From the sequence record OR836606.1: 64,000 nt of DNA; one strand, written 5' to 3'. Positions within the stretch are counted from its first letter, which is position 1, and every line of letters begins with the position of its first letter. A model generated the notes under the pieces. That model ran no database searches, was not told where the DNA came from, and saw nothing but the letters and a program-made list of their open reading frames with translations. Position numbers and translations under genes: made by a program. This document shows, piece by piece, positions 32,361 to 43,579 of the stretch.

Positions 32361-35300
32361 TTATTTTTCAACATTAATGTCAATGAAGATACGTTCAATA
32401 ACATTATTGAATTTAACAGAAATTTTAATACGTACAATACGTTGAGATTTATCATATTCATCTGCGCTAACTTCAGCTTGAATAGTTTCACAGCTACGGT
32501 TAGATACATAACGAGTAAGATAAGCATTCAACTCTGTACTCATAATTGAACGAGTTTCATCATCATTTAATTCAAATTGGTAATCAGAAACAAGAGTTTC
32601 TGCATCACGTTTAATTTGGTTTAATGTAAAGATATTATTCAAGTTAGATAATGGACCATCAGATTTAATAGAAGTCATCTGTGCACCAAATTTAGTTTTA
32701 TCAATATCTTTTTCAATGTAGTTGATTTTAGAAGTATAAAGTTTTTCTTTATAAGGTTCATTAGGAGCCCAAGATAAAGCTTTATGGCCTTCAACTAAAC
32801 CACGTCTAGGACCCGCAATTGGGAAATGTAAACCAGAGTTAACAGCTTGATAAGGAATCATTGAAGCTAAACGATAAGTTGGAGTGAAACGAATGTCTCT
32901 ACCAGTGTACTCATCATAATAAGTTAAATCTTGAGAGTAAATAGCTGTATACTCAGAAGAAACAGCAAATTCTTCTTTTCTCCATCTAATTGCATCTTCA
33001 GGACTAACTGGATAACGATCAGTAACTGTGTCGGCTAAGAATACAAAGTCTTTACGAACATTTTTAGCTAATTCAGAGATAGCGAACTTAACTTCATTAG
33101 AATAACGAGCATCAAGTACAACATCAAATGGATAAGCTTTAGTGTTTGTAATTTCTTCGTCTACTAAACCTTTATAAGCTTTAATTAATTCACGATTAAC
33201 TGCATTTTTACGATCCTTATATGAAATATCTTCAGCATATGAGAAGTCGCCATCAGAACCGAATAAGAATTTAACTGGACTAGAAATATCAATAAGGTTT
33301 GTATTGAAGTATTTAGAGTTAGCCTTATTCAAGTTAGCAACTGCTAATTCAATATTTTGATGAGCGTTTAATGTAATATCTCTTTCTGTATAGTTAGAAC
33401 GAGTTTGAATCATTTCGTCAATATTTTTACGGAAGATAGAAATATCATAATAGATTGTATTAACCGCAATACGGACTGCACGAGCAACTTTGTATACAGA
33501 AGCCACTGATACAGCTCTATTAATTAAATCTACTAATTGATTAGCAATTTCATTACAAGTTACGAATACTTCTTCACGGTTAACAGCGTTATCTTCCATT
33601 AATCCTAATGTAATATCGTCAACTAACATTTGTTTGTCAGCCAATGAATTTAACATGGATTCTGGAGAAACTAAGTCACGTTCTGAATCTTCATCGTCAC
33701 CATCAGGAGTAGTGTTAATAAAATTAATTGCTTCTTCAGGGAGTCCTTCACGTACTGCTGGCATTAAGTTATCTATTACATAACGTAATTCTGTTTCAGT
33801 ATCATTTAATACTTTAGCCATTCCTTCTAAGTTAGTTACAGATTTCATACCAATACGTAATTCAGCGATATCATTTGTAATATCTAAGATATTAGATTTA
33901 TGTTGAATACCGAAGATACGGATTTGGTCTTTCTGAGCTAATACATCACGTAATTCTTTAACATCAGCTTGATATTTAGGATTTGAAGAAATACCTGAAT
34001 TAGATTTATAAACTAATTCGTAAGCAGCATTAAGTTTATTACCATTATCTAAGAATTCATTTAATAATAAAGAACCAATTTCTTCTGTTCCAGAAAGAAC
34101 TGCAGAAAGGTTTTCTTCATTTGAATCTTCAAAATAAGTGTTATAATCTTGAACTAAACGTTCAGCTGCTCCAGCAGGTTTACCACCGAAATTAATTTCA
34201 GAAGGTTTGAATTTTCCAGCTAATTCTTCTTCAACTGCTTCTGCATCATTAATATCTGCAGATACATCTTCTTGATTTAATTTTTCAGAAACTAAATTAT
34301 CTTTAATAATTTTAGGTAAGTTACCTGTATCATCATCAAATAAACCATTAGATGGCACAATAATTTTATTCAATAATGATTTAAATTCTGTAAAATTATC
34401 AGAACGTAAAGTTTTGTATTGATCTCTCATATAAGAAAGACGGTCTGAATCTGTAACGAAAGTTTTTTCACGCATACCATTATCTAATGAAATTAATGCG
34501 TTTTCAACTGGATCATTAAAATCAGGTTTATTCAATACGTGTTTACCACTAATAGTTACTGGTAGACCTTTGTTATTATAACGGTGTAAAGCAATATGAA
34601 CATCTTCCGTTTGTTTAGTTTCTTCTGAATAGAAAGTTTCAGGAGTTCCATCAATACTAATTTTAGATTTACCAGAAATAACATCAATACTTGCAGGATG
34701 TACATTAGGGTTAATTTCTTTAGCTAGATTTTGGAAGTTTTCTAGATTAAATTTGATGTTAATGTATTTAGAATAACGATTAACAACTTCTTCAATAAAC
34801 ATTGATTCACCGGTATCTGAAATCGAATCTGGATCAAATGTAACTAAGAATGGACCATCAATTACGTTAACGTTACCAAAATCATCAAATTCAAGAACTT
34901 CTAAGTTGTAAACACGTTCAGTACGACCACTAGTGTCATAAGAAGTATTTAGAGTTAAACGAATACCTAAATCATTATAAGATTCACCACGACCATTAGG
35001 ATAAGCTAAAAGTAAGAAGTTATTGTTATAACCATCTACTGTTTGCTCATTACCACGGTCTAAAGTAATTTCATTAACTAATTCTTCAATATTTCTATTA
35101 TTTTTCTTAACAAATGCAATTGTTGGACGAATTTTGACATCGTCAATTTTAACCAATTCATTTGATTCTGTTAAAACTTTTTTACCATCTTTTTGTACTC
35201 TACTTTGTACGTTTAATATAGCATGTGAATAAGTTGCATTTTGCGGTAGAATACGTAATACATAAGCTTGACCACCAGAACGTAACCAGTTCACGATGTT

Positions 35301-35513
35301 ATAAGCAGATTGACCGTATTTCGTATAGTTTGGTTCACCATATTTAAAAATAAATTCTTCTTCAGTACCTACAAAATCAATAACTCCATCTTTACCTTTT
35401 TCAAAAGTGTCTGCAGCAAATAATGTTACTGGACCTTCAGCTGTTTGATAACTATTTTGATAAGAGTTGATTTGTGTTTGTACAGAAGGATGGAGATACA
35501 TAAAGTCTGCCAT
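32361..35513 (-). CDS. Contractile tail sheath protein (1050 aa)
   Basis: N-terminal HPSV..FIFKYGEPNY..WLRSGGQAYVLR and C-terminal PIAGPRRG..LY..KINYI..FELND sheath patterns; large central insertion. Confidence 0.9.
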   Translation of the reverse strand: MADFMYLHPSVQTQINSYQNSYQTAEGPVTLFAADTFEKGKDGVIDFVGTEEEFIFKYGEPNYTKYGQSAYNIVNWLRSGGQAYVLRILPQNATYSHAILNVQSRVQKDGKKVLTESNELVKIDDVKIRPTIAFVKKNNRNIEELVNEITLDRGNEQTVDGYNNNFLLLAYPNGRGESYNDLGIRLTLNTSYDTSGRTERVYNLEVLEFDDFGNVNVIDGPFLVTFDPDSISDTGESMFIEEVVNRYSKYINIKFNLENFQNLAKEINPNVHPASIDVISGKSKISIDGTPETFYSEETKQTEDVHIALHRYNNKGLPVTISGKHVLNKPDFNDPVENALISLDNGMREKTFVTDSDRLSYMRDQYKTLRSDNFTEFKSLLNKIIVPSNGLFDDDTGNLPKIIKDNLVSEKLNQEDVSADINDAEAVEEELAGKFKPSEINFGGKPAGAAERLVQDYNTYFEDSNEENLSAVLSGTEEIGSLLLNEFLDNGNKLNAAYELVYKSNSGISSNPKYQADVKELRDVLAQKDQIRIFGIQHKSNILDITNDIAELRIGMKSVTNLEGMAKVLNDTETELRYVIDNLMPAVREGLPEEAINFINTTPDGDDEDSERDLVSPESMLNSLADKQMLVDDITLGLMEDNAVNREEVFVTCNEIANQLVDLINRAVSVASVYKVARAVRIAVNTIYYDISIFRKNIDEMIQTRSNYTERDITLNAHQNIELAVANLNKANSKYFNTNLIDISSPVKFLFGSDGDFSYAEDISYKDRKNAVNRELIKAYKGLVDEEITNTKAYPFDVVLDARYSNEVKFAISELAKNVRKDFVFLADTVTDRYPVSPEDAIRWRKEEFAVSSEYTAIYSQDLTYYDEYTGRDIRFTPTYRLASMIPYQAVNSGLHFPIAGPRRGLVEGHKALSWAPNEPYKEKLYTSKINYIEKDIDKTKFGAQMTSIKSDGPLSNLNNIFTLNQIKRDAETLVSDYQFELNDDETRSIMSTELNAYLTRYVSNRSCETIQAEVSADEYDKSQRIVRIKISVKFNNVIERIFIDINVEK

Positions 35514-35591
35514 ATGTTTTGTAACCTTCCTTTCGAATATTTACATCTATGTGATTAATTTCAATAGATTTTATATTATAATCAAATTTTA

Positions 35592-35603
35592 TAATAGTAT
35601 GTT
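35592..35603 (-). promoter_or_regulatory. Candidate phage late promoter AACA-N6-TA
   Basis: Minus strand AACATACTATTA upstream of the sheath gene. Confidence 0.4.
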
Positions 35604-35640
35604 TAATTTAGAAAACTATATACAGCGATGTGTTTTATGT

Positions 35641-35859
35641 TTATTTTAAACTTTCTTCCATTATTCTTAAAACTTCATCCTTAAATTCATCAGGTATTTG
35701 GTTCCAATTAATTATCTCATGAAATAATAAGAATGACAAATAAGGAGGATATTTCTTTTTATTAAAGTTAAACTCAATAAATGTTAATACACTTCTAGAT
35801 AATTTAAGTAATACTTTTGATACTTTCCAGAATATTTCCATAATATATTTCACTTCCAT
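35641..35859 (-). CDS. Small hypothetical protein (72 aa)
   Basis: Short ORF coupled to upstream gene. Confidence 0.55.
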   Translation of the reverse strand: MEVKYIMEIFWKVSKVLLKLSRSVLTFIEFNFNKKKYPPYLSFLLFHEIINWNQIPDEFKDEVLRIMEESLK

Positions 35860-35862
35860 TAA

Positions 35863-36609
35863 TTAGTATTTCATAACATCTTCTAAAGGAGATCGTTTCT
35901 CTTTACCACCCTTAGCAGTTCTACCTATAGATGTTACAATTGTATCATCCATGCCTTCAAATGTAAATGAAGCAAATGTGGAGTTAAGGTTAGGTAATTT
36001 CTTAAGGTTATAGTTAATATAATCTAAAGGTCCAACATTCTGATTTTTATTTAAAGCTATTCTGTAAGGTGTTTCTACATTTTCTTTATATCTACATAAT
36101 TCAGCAATAATCAATTCATAAGTTAATGAATTAGATTTAAGGTTTACTTTATTACTATCTAATACATCATAATGGAGTTTAATAATATCATTATAATCTA
36201 TGAAGGTAGGTAGTTTCCCTGCATGGAATAAGAATAAGAAATTTTTAACCGTTTCAGCAGATTGTTCAATGTTAACATTAGCTACAAATTGACAACCTGT
36301 TCTTAATCTAAAAACTTCATACTGTATTGAATCCATATTGTCTGATAATTTTCCATCAAACTTAAAATTCTCTACATAATTAAAATCAATAGGATTAGGA
36401 TATTTCATCTTTCTTAGTACACCTTGTTTACCTTCTTCAGCCTGTTTTTCAGTTTTAATTTCAAATTGGAACATTCCATAAGTATTAATATATTCACCAC
36501 GGTGTTCAGATAAACCTTTTTTAAATTGCTCCCTTGGAATATAAATGTCTAATATTTCACCAGTGAATATAATAGAATTTCCATCTCTTTTAAGTTCTTT
36601 AAGTTTCAA
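35863..36609 (-). CDS. Putative split multisubunit RNA polymerase beta-prime C-terminal fragment
   Basis: ELIIAELCR...STFASFTFEGMDDTIVTSI...SPLEDVM parallels bacterial beta-prime EVIVRQM...SFISAASFQETTRVLTEAA...GLKENV; comparison by eye only. Confidence 0.45.
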   Translation of the reverse strand: MKLKELKRDGNSIIFTGEILDIYIPREQFKKGLSEHRGEYINTYGMFQFEIKTEKQAEEGKQGVLRKMKYPNPIDFNYVENFKFDGKLSDNMDSIQYEVFRLRTGCQFVANVNIEQSAETVKNFLFLFHAGKLPTFIDYNDIIKLHYDVLDSNKVNLKSNSLTYELIIAELCRYKENVETPYRIALNKNQNVGPLDYINYNLKKLPNLNSTFASFTFEGMDDTIVTSIGRTAKGGKEKRSPLEDVMKY

Positions 36610-36643
36610 TCCATTTTATCTCCTTTCTCATTAATTGAATTAA

Positions 36644-36655
36644 TATATCTTTGTT
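36644..36655 (-). promoter_or_regulatory. Candidate phage late promoter AACA-N6-TA
   Basis: Minus strand AACAAAGATATA. Confidence 0.45.
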
Positions 36656-36680
36656 ACAGATCAAAATTTAGCGTAAAAAA

Positions 36681-36712
36681 TCCCCTAACAATCAATTAAG
36701 AATGTTAGGGGA
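36681..36712 (-). terminator. Terminator after nrdF
   Basis: TCCCCTAACA/TGTTAGGGGA stem with U tract on minus strand. Confidence 0.8.
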
Positions 36713-36723
36713 ATACATGTAAA

Positions 36724-37794
36724 TTAATCTATATAATAACTATGACTAAATCTATCATCCGCTTTATTTTTATATGAATCGATTATATTCTTATTAAGTT
36801 CATTAATATCAATTGAATCATAATCTTCTTCTTTAGTATTTTCAGCTTTACCTAATAAATAACCATTTCCTTCTTGAGAGAAGAAATCGTGATTTCCAGT
36901 TGATGTCTTTAATCCTGCCATTACAATAGGATTTACATCTTCGTCAGTAGTTTCGAAAATAGGATCTAATTTAAGGTTTAATAATGCTTTATTGGCATTG
37001 TATTGAGCAAACAATTTAACATCTTCAGCCCAACCAATTTCAGTATAAACTTCTTCAATGAATTCACATTCAACTTGATAAAGTTCAAATAGTAAGTTAG
37101 TTACCCACATTTTAGTTTCATTTTTTTCTTCTTCACTTAATTTTTCAAATCTCTTACTGAATTTATATCCAATATATGAACCATGAACAGACTCATCTCT
37201 TAAAATTAATTTTATAATTTCAAGAACTGATTTAAGACTATCTTTCAATCTTAAAGGAGTATAGAAACCTGAATAGAATAAGAATGATTCTAAAAATACT
37301 GAAGCTGCTTGAACTTTAAGAATGTCTCCAGATTGATAAGCTTCATTTATTAATTTAATTTTCTTTTGTACATATTTATTATTTTCTGCCCATTCAAAGT
37401 TTTCATCTACTTCTTTTGAAGTACATAATGTAGTAAAAATAGTACTATAACTACGAGCATGAATTGATTCCATAAAACCAATATTTCTTAATACGTCTTC
37501 TTCTAATGTAGTTAATGCGCTATGCATTAAAGCATCAGAACCTTCACGAGACTGAAGTGTATCTAAAATAGTTAATTCAGCAAATACTTTATTAACTACC
37601 CCTTTAGTAACATCATCAGTGTTAGACCAAGCTTTAATATCATTTGAGACTGGAATACGTGTTGATGTCCAAAATTGAGACACTAAAGTATCATATGTCA
37701 TAATATCTACATAATCATCTACTCTATTCCAGTTTACAGGTGTATAATAACCTTTATCTTTTGTATAACTTGTTAAGAAATCTCCTCTATCCAT
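36724..37794 (-). CDS. nrdF: Ribonucleotide reductase class Ib beta subunit
   Basis: LTILDTLQ, ESIHARSYS, ESFLFYSGFY, RDESVHG metal-ligand motifs; NHDFFS. Confidence 0.95.
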   Translation of the reverse strand: MDRGDFLTSYTKDKGYYTPVNWNRVDDYVDIMTYDTLVSQFWTSTRIPVSNDIKAWSNTDDVTKGVVNKVFAELTILDTLQSREGSDALMHSALTTLEEDVLRNIGFMESIHARSYSTIFTTLCTSKEVDENFEWAENNKYVQKKIKLINEAYQSGDILKVQAASVFLESFLFYSGFYTPLRLKDSLKSVLEIIKLILRDESVHGSYIGYKFSKRFEKLSEEEKNETKMWVTNLLFELYQVECEFIEEVYTEIGWAEDVKLFAQYNANKALLNLKLDPIFETTDEDVNPIVMAGLKTSTGNHDFFSQEGNGYLLGKAENTKEEDYDSIDINELNKNIIDSYKNKADDRFSHSYYID

Positions 37795-37872
37795 ATTATC
37801 TTAAACTCCTTCTTTTAATTTTAAATATTATGAATTAGGATAGAATAAACATCTATCCTAATATTTCATTAA

Positions 37873-40236
37873 TTATATACTACAGCTTTCACATTCAACA
37901 ATACCTTGAGAACTTTCATCATGATCAGGTGAATAAATACGAGTATAATACATAGATTTAATACCTTTACTATAAGCATAGTTACGTAATCTACTAATAT
38001 CACGAGTAGTAGTTTCTTTATCTAAAGAATCTTTTTTCCATTCATAAAGTTCTGGATCAAGTTCATTCATTAAGTAAATATTCATAGAAATACCTTGATC
38101 TACGTGATATTGAGCTTCTGAATATAAATCAATCATATCTCTCATATCTAATTGGTAAGCATTTTTCTTAAAGTATTCAAAGTTGTCTGGTGTAATACCT
38201 GGCGCTGGATAGAAAGTAGTGCCTGTTTTACCTTCTACACGTTCTTCAATTAACTCAACAATAGGATGAATTGAAGGCGATACTTCTCTAACATAGCCAA
38301 TAGACCCATTAGGAGCTACAGCTAATCTATTCTGATTGTATAAACCATCCATAACAATATTATTTCTTAATTGTTCCCAATCGCTATCAGATGGAATAAA
38401 AATGTCTTTAAATAATTCTTTAACTTTTTCAGTACGTGGTTGAATATTTTTACCAATATAACGTTTATCAAAATAAGAACCATCAGCATATTCAGTTTTC
38501 TCAAATAAATAGAATGATTCATTTTTCTCTTTAGCAATTTTATTTGATTCAACTAATGTCCAATAATTTAATAACATGAAATAAATATTAGTGAAATCTT
38601 TAGATTCTTCAGAACCATATTGAATGTGGTTTTCAGCTAAGAAAGTGTGTAATCCCATAGCACCTAAACCAACTGTATGAAATAAATCATTTCCTTTTTT
38701 AATTGTAGGTACAGCTTCGATATTAGATTTTTCAGATACTGAATTTAAACTTCTTAACATAGTTCCTACTGATTTACCAAAATCTTCCGATTTCATTAAA
38801 CCGGATACAATAGTTGAAGCTAAGTTACATGAAATATCTGTTCCTGTTTTAACATATTGTTGATTATCATCAACTAATGAAGGATATTGTACCTGCAAAA
38901 TTTCTGAACACAAATTACTCATTTTAATTTTACCATGACTGATTGGATTAGCTCTATTAGCTGTATCAATATTAATGATATAAGGATATCCAGATTCTTG
39001 TTGTAATTTACTAATTGTGGTTTCTAAATCACGAGCATACATTTTATCTTTACTAATACGTTTATCATCTACAAAGATATCATAATAAGTATTAAAGTCA
39101 ATACTGTCGAAATCCAAATCGTAATATTTTTTAATGTCATATGGGCTAAATGTATATAATGATTTATTTTCTTTAACTAACTGATAATATTTGTCTGGAA
39201 CGGTTAAACCTAATGAAATAGTTTTTAATCTCACTTTCTCATCAGCATTTTCTTTCTTAGTATCTAAGAATTTCACTACATCTTTATGGAAAATATTTAA
39301 ATAGAGCGCACCTGCACCATTACGTTGCATTTATATTAACTATATGAATTTCATATAGATTAGACTATATCTTATACTTCTAATAAGTATTATTATATTT
39401 AATCGTTGGACAATCATAAAGATTGATGCTGATTAAGTTTATAAACTTTTCCAGCAATTAATAATATTTATACTGAGCCATTAAAATTAACCCAGTTGAT
39501 TTACATATGATAATGTATCTTCAAATACTTTCATAACCGGAACTACTCCTGAAGCGGCACCTTCTACACCTTTAATTGGATCATTATCTGCACGTAGATT
39601 TGATAAACTGATTCCACAGCCTCCGCCTCTTTTACTTAATTGAGCTACGTTAGTAACAGTTCTATAAATTGAAGCTAGAGAATCTTCCATTGTAACTAAG
39701 AAACAACTTATTAACTCACCAGAACGTTTTCTACCTGAATTGAGAAATGTCGGTGTAGCGGGTTGGAAAGTTCCTGTAATGATTTCTTTAGCGATATTCT
39801 TAGCTAATTCTTCATCTCCATCAGCTAAATATAAAGCTACAAATAAAATTCTATCTTCATATAGTTCTAATAAAATCTCCCCAGCATCATCTTTCATTGC
39901 ATACTGTTCATAGAATTTTTTAGCCCCCAATAAGCGAGTAAATCTATGCTTATAAGCCATTAATTCTTTCATTAATCCTTTAATGAACTCAAAATCATAA
40001 TTATTGATCATATCGCCATCAATATAATCATTATCAACTAGATAATTAATTTTTTCTTTATATGTTTTAAAGTATCTTACATTCTTATTAACTGAATCTA
40101 AGAAATATTTTTTAACTGAAGCTAATTCAAATTCTAAATCTAAATTACCGTCTTTTAATTGTGACCCTCTTGAGTTTAATTCGTTATATGAATAATCTTT
40201 AAATTTTTCTGAAGTTAAATCAATTTCTTTTGGCAT
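37873..40236 (-). CDS. nrdE: Ribonucleotide reductase class Ib alpha subunit, spliced (exons 40236-39490, 39327-37873; ~733 aa)
   Basis: FQPATPTFLN, SCF, SNLCSEI, APNGSI, YYTR motifs; removing 39328-39489 restores NQLG-QRNGAG in frame. Confidence 0.93.
39328..39489 (-). ncRNA. Miniature group I intron in nrdE (162 nt)
   Basis: P1 CUGGGU/GGCUCAG with U-G; P4 UGCUG/CAGCA; R GUCCAACGAUUAAA; S AAGAUAUAGUCU; P8 and P9 hairpins; terminal G. Confidence 0.9.
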
Positions 40237-40265
40237 TTTATTAAAGTCTCCTTTTATATAGCTTA

Positions 40266-40979
40266 TTAATTTATTTCTTGTATTGCTTTTAAAATTTCTC
40301 TTTTATTATAATTTATCATTTCTTTATCATACTTCATGATAACTTTTTCCAAATTCTTTACAATATCTTCGAAAATTTTTTCTGACTTTGGATATTTTAA
40401 ACCAAATCTTGTTGGTTCATAAACTAATATATGTTCGATACTACTTAAAGTGTTAGAAAAAGAGTACCAAAATGATATTTGATCTGAAGATTTCCTAAAA
40501 GATAAAGTTCTTAAATCTTTTATCTTAGATTTTTTAGATATTTTTGTAGGTTTACCATTTGGTTTAAAATAATATGATACGTCTGAAGAGTTTATTTTCT
40601 TATCCTTCAAAAAACCTCCATTTTTATTAATTTCAGAAATTCCTTCTTTTATATAATTCGGAGAATTTTCTATAAAATTAATCATAAGTTTTTTACCGGA
40701 TTTCTGAAATTGTTCATGGTCCATTGTATTTAATTTATCTTCTTTTAATTCATTCCATTTATCAATAAATAATTTTAATATATTTTCTTCTATATGAGAA
40801 TTGGAGGTTTTTATAGAAAATGAATTATTTTTTATATTTCCATTCTTTTTATAATCTTCATTTACTTTTTGATAATATTTTAATATACCCTTACTGATAT
40901 TATCATTTTCATTTTCTATTTTTTGACTATTGTTTTTAAATGATTTAACTGAGCTGTAATGAATTATATTTTCTTCCAT
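40266..40979 (-). CDS. Hypothetical protein (237 aa) within nrd cluster
   Basis: ORF with AAGGAG SD. Confidence 0.75.
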   Translation of the reverse strand: MEENIIHYSSVKSFKNNSQKIENENDNISKGILKYYQKVNEDYKKNGNIKNNSFSIKTSNSHIEENILKLFIDKWNELKEDKLNTMDHEQFQKSGKKLMINFIENSPNYIKEGISEINKNGGFLKDKKINSSDVSYYFKPNGKPTKISKKSKIKDLRTLSFRKSSDQISFWYSFSNTLSSIEHILVYEPTRFGLKYPKSEKIFEDIVKNLEKVIMKYDKEMINYNKREILKAIQEIN

Positions 40980-41003
40980 ATTTTAAATTCTCCTTACGGT
41001 ATG

Positions 41004-41408
41004 TTAACTTATAATACTAGAGTTACTTAACATTTCTAATTTTTTATTTAATTCTAAATGCTCATTTTTTATTCCATGAAGCTCAATTCCCATTATTAAT
41101 TTTTTATTGAAATCTTTACATAATTTTTTAGGTGTAGTCAAGAATTCATAATTGAGATTTCTATTACCTGAACCAACTATACCTACACAGTTCATTAAAT
41201 TATTACCCTTATTAAAGAATTTTTCTATATGATTATATACTGCATGCGGAGTATTATAAGAACCGCAAATAAGAACATATTCTTCATTAATTTCTATATC
41301 TTCACAATTATTTTTATTAAGTTCAATAGGTTCGCCGATTATTGATTTATCTAATTTATGTGCAAATATTTTACTATTACCTGTTAATGTAAAATAAACT
41401 AATCTCAT
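41004..41408 (-). CDS. nrdI: Flavodoxin-like NrdI
   Basis: VYFTLTGNSK, GIVGSGNRN, ELHG motifs; nrd cluster. Confidence 0.85.
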   Translation of the reverse strand: MRLVYFTLTGNSKIFAHKLDKSIIGEPIELNKNNCEDIEINEEYVLICGSYNTPHAVYNHIEKFFNKGNNLMNCVGIVGSGNRNLNYEFLTTPKKLCKDFNKKLIMGIELHGIKNEHLELNKKLEMLSNSSIIS

Positions 41409-41447
41409 TTAAATCTCTCCAAAATATAAAATTTTTCGTTAAAAAGA

Positions 41448-41478
41448 GATCCATCATAGGTTATCCCTATGATAGATC
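41448..41478 (-). terminator. Terminator-like hairpin
   Basis: GATCCATCATAGG/CCTATGATAGATC, U tract on minus strand. Confidence 0.6.
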
Positions 41479-41489
41479 AATTATATTTC

Positions 41490-41690
41490 TTAATATCCTA
41501 CTTGACGATAATCCCATTTCCAATAAGTTCCATCTGATGAGAATGAATAATTCCAACCTTCAATACTAAAGTTATAGTTGTATTCTCCTTCATGAACAGC
41601 TTTTGTATTTAATTCATTATCGTTATTTCTAGCTTTCTCAGCTAATTTTTTAAAATCCACTTCTTCTGGACTGTTAAAAATAGTTTGCAT
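41490..41690 (-). CDS. Small hypothetical protein (66 aa)
   Basis: ORF with AAGGAG SD; Trp/Tyr-rich C-terminus. Confidence 0.7.
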   Translation of the reverse strand: MQTIFNSPEEVDFKKLAEKARNNDNELNTKAVHEGEYNYNFSIEGWNYSFSSDGTYWKWDYRQVGY

Positions 41691-41716
41691 AACTAAAATC
41701 TCCTTTATTATATTAA

Positions 41717-41956
41717 TTAAGCATTAACTGTAGATAAAATTTGATTTAATTTAGCAGGATCATTACCAACGATTACATCTGTTCCAAAATCAATTACAGG
41801 CAATGATTGATAACCTTTAGATAAAAGTTCTTCTTTAGCACTTTCATCTTCATCAATATTAATTTCAGTATAATCAACACCTTTATTATTTAAAAACATT
41901 TTACTGAAACCACATTTAGCGCAGTTATTCTTAGTATAAAATTTAATTTGTTCCAT
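41717..41956 (-). CDS. nrdH: Glutaredoxin-like NrdH redoxin
   Basis: YTKNNCAKC CxxC motif, GYQSLPVI. Confidence 0.9.
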   Translation of the reverse strand: MEQIKFYTKNNCAKCGFSKMFLNNKGVDYTEINIDEDESAKEELLSKGYQSLPVIDFGTDVIVGNDPAKLNQILSTVNA

Positions 41957-41998
41957 CTTTTAATCAAACCTCTTTCTTATAATTTTTAATAATATATT

Positions 41999-42745
41999 TT
42001 AGTATTTCTTAAGAATACCATTTATTACTTTGATAAAGTCTTCGTTCTGATCTAATTTATTGCCGAATTTTCCAATATAGTCAACATTTTCAGAAAGAGA
42101 TTTTATATAGTAAGGATATTTTTCATAATTTTGCGACATGTATGAACCTAATGAACACATAAATTTGTATAATATATTTGATTCTTTAAAACTATCATTA
42201 TCTAAAGCATTTTTTAAATTATCATAAATTCCTTCTAAATCAATGTAGTTATATTCATTATTTTCATTTCCATGTAACTTATTATATCTATAAATTTTCA
42301 TATTTAATTTTTCATTTAATTTTTTAAGTTTATTTTCACTAACAGGCAATTTACTAATATTAATATTCTCTACAAGATGTTTAGCTTCTTTACTATCTTT
42401 AATTTGCTGAATAATATTTTCAATATATTTAGTGTCTTTTATCTTTATATTTTTAAGAGGTTTAAGTCTTTCAGGAATATCATCTTCACTATCAAAACTT
42501 AAATCACCATTGATAAAGTCCAATTTTTCTTGGTATCTATTAACTTTAGCATCTACTGAAATAGTATCATTAAGACTAATACTGTCTTTACCATAATATG
42601 AAGCTATTTCTTTATTAATCTTTTCTTTAGTTTCTTCTAATTCTTTCTCAATTTTTTCATTTTCTTTTTCAAATTCCTCATTAGCCCGTTCTATATCTTG
42701 TTCTAATTTTTCTAAATTCAATTCTTTGTTCTTATCTTCAGTCAT
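41999..42745 (-). CDS. Hypothetical protein (248 aa)
   Basis: ORF with AAGGAG SD; coiled-coil N-terminus. Confidence 0.8.
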   Translation of the reverse strand: MTEDKNKELNLEKLEQDIERANEEFEKENEKIEKELEETKEKINKEIASYYGKDSISLNDTISVDAKVNRYQEKLDFINGDLSFDSEDDIPERLKPLKNIKIKDTKYIENIIQQIKDSKEAKHLVENINISKLPVSENKLKKLNEKLNMKIYRYNKLHGNENNEYNYIDLEGIYDNLKNALDNDSFKESNILYKFMCSLGSYMSQNYEKYPYYIKSLSENVDYIGKFGNKLDQNEDFIKVINGILKKY

Positions 42746-42769
42746 TTTAGTTTTTCTCCTTATATATTA

Positions 42770-43579
42770 TTATTTATACTTATTTATAAAATAATATTGA
42801 ACTTCTCGATGTAATACATTATTTTCTATAAAAGAATCTTTAAATACATTAATTAAATGGTTTTCAAATCTAACATCTGTTACAGACTGTTCTACTAACA
42901 TTCTATCAATTTGATAGTTGTTTAATTCAGATTCTTCATCATAGATAATGGTCTCTATTACATCTTCATTATCAGGAATATGAATACTGTCAATAATCTC
43001 AGGAATGGAATATACTAAAGGAGTATAATCGTTATCAATAACTTTCTTTAAGTTATTATATGAAAGAGAATTAATGACATCATCGTCCATACTGTCTTTA
43101 TAAGTTTTAGCTAATTGCATTATATTCTTTTCAATATAGTTAATAAATAAATTATTTAAAGTTTCTTTTTTATTTAATACAAAGAAATTATACAATGATT
43201 TAATGTATTGAGCTTTATCTTCAATTAAAATATCTTCTGGAAATTCTAAAGAAAACTGGTAAGTAGTTTCAATAGATTCTTGAATTTCATTAAGAATATC
43301 ATGATAAACTTGTTTAGTTTTAATTAAAATATCATTATCTTCTTTATATCTTTCTAAAATAAATTTAAATCTAATTTCAAAGTATTCAAAAAAATCTTTA
43401 TGGTATTGATTAATATAAAATTGTCTTGTATTTGAATTTTCAATTTGTTCCTTAATATTATCAATCATAATATCTTCAGATATATTCATAATGACTTCAT
43501 CATATTCTTCTTTTACCATTTCTAAATCATCTTTATCGTCAATTAAATATGTTTTTGTCAATTTATTTTCACCATCCAT
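42770..43579 (-). CDS. Hypothetical protein (269 aa)
   Basis: Long ORF, co-oriented. Confidence 0.75.
   Translation of the reverse strand: MDGENKLTKTYLIDDKDDLEMVKEEYDEVIMNISEDIMIDNIKEQIENSNTRQFYINQYHKDFFEYFEIRFKFILERYKEDNDILIKTKQVYHDILNEIQESIETTYQFSLEFPEDILIEDKAQYIKSLYNFFVLNKKETLNNLFINYIEKNIMQLAKTYKDSMDDDVINSLSYNNLKKVIDNDYTPLVYSIPEIIDSIHIPDNEDVIETIIYDEESELNNYQIDRMLVEQSVTDVRFENHLINVFKDSFIENNVLHREVQYYFINKYK

Noticed and set aside
37873-39330. ATG at 39330 (also 46877, 55186, 54593, 44101) as true gene starts
   Set aside because: The ATGs at 39330, 46877 and 55186 are intron-terminal AUGs; 54593 and 44101 are internal Met codons of spliced genes
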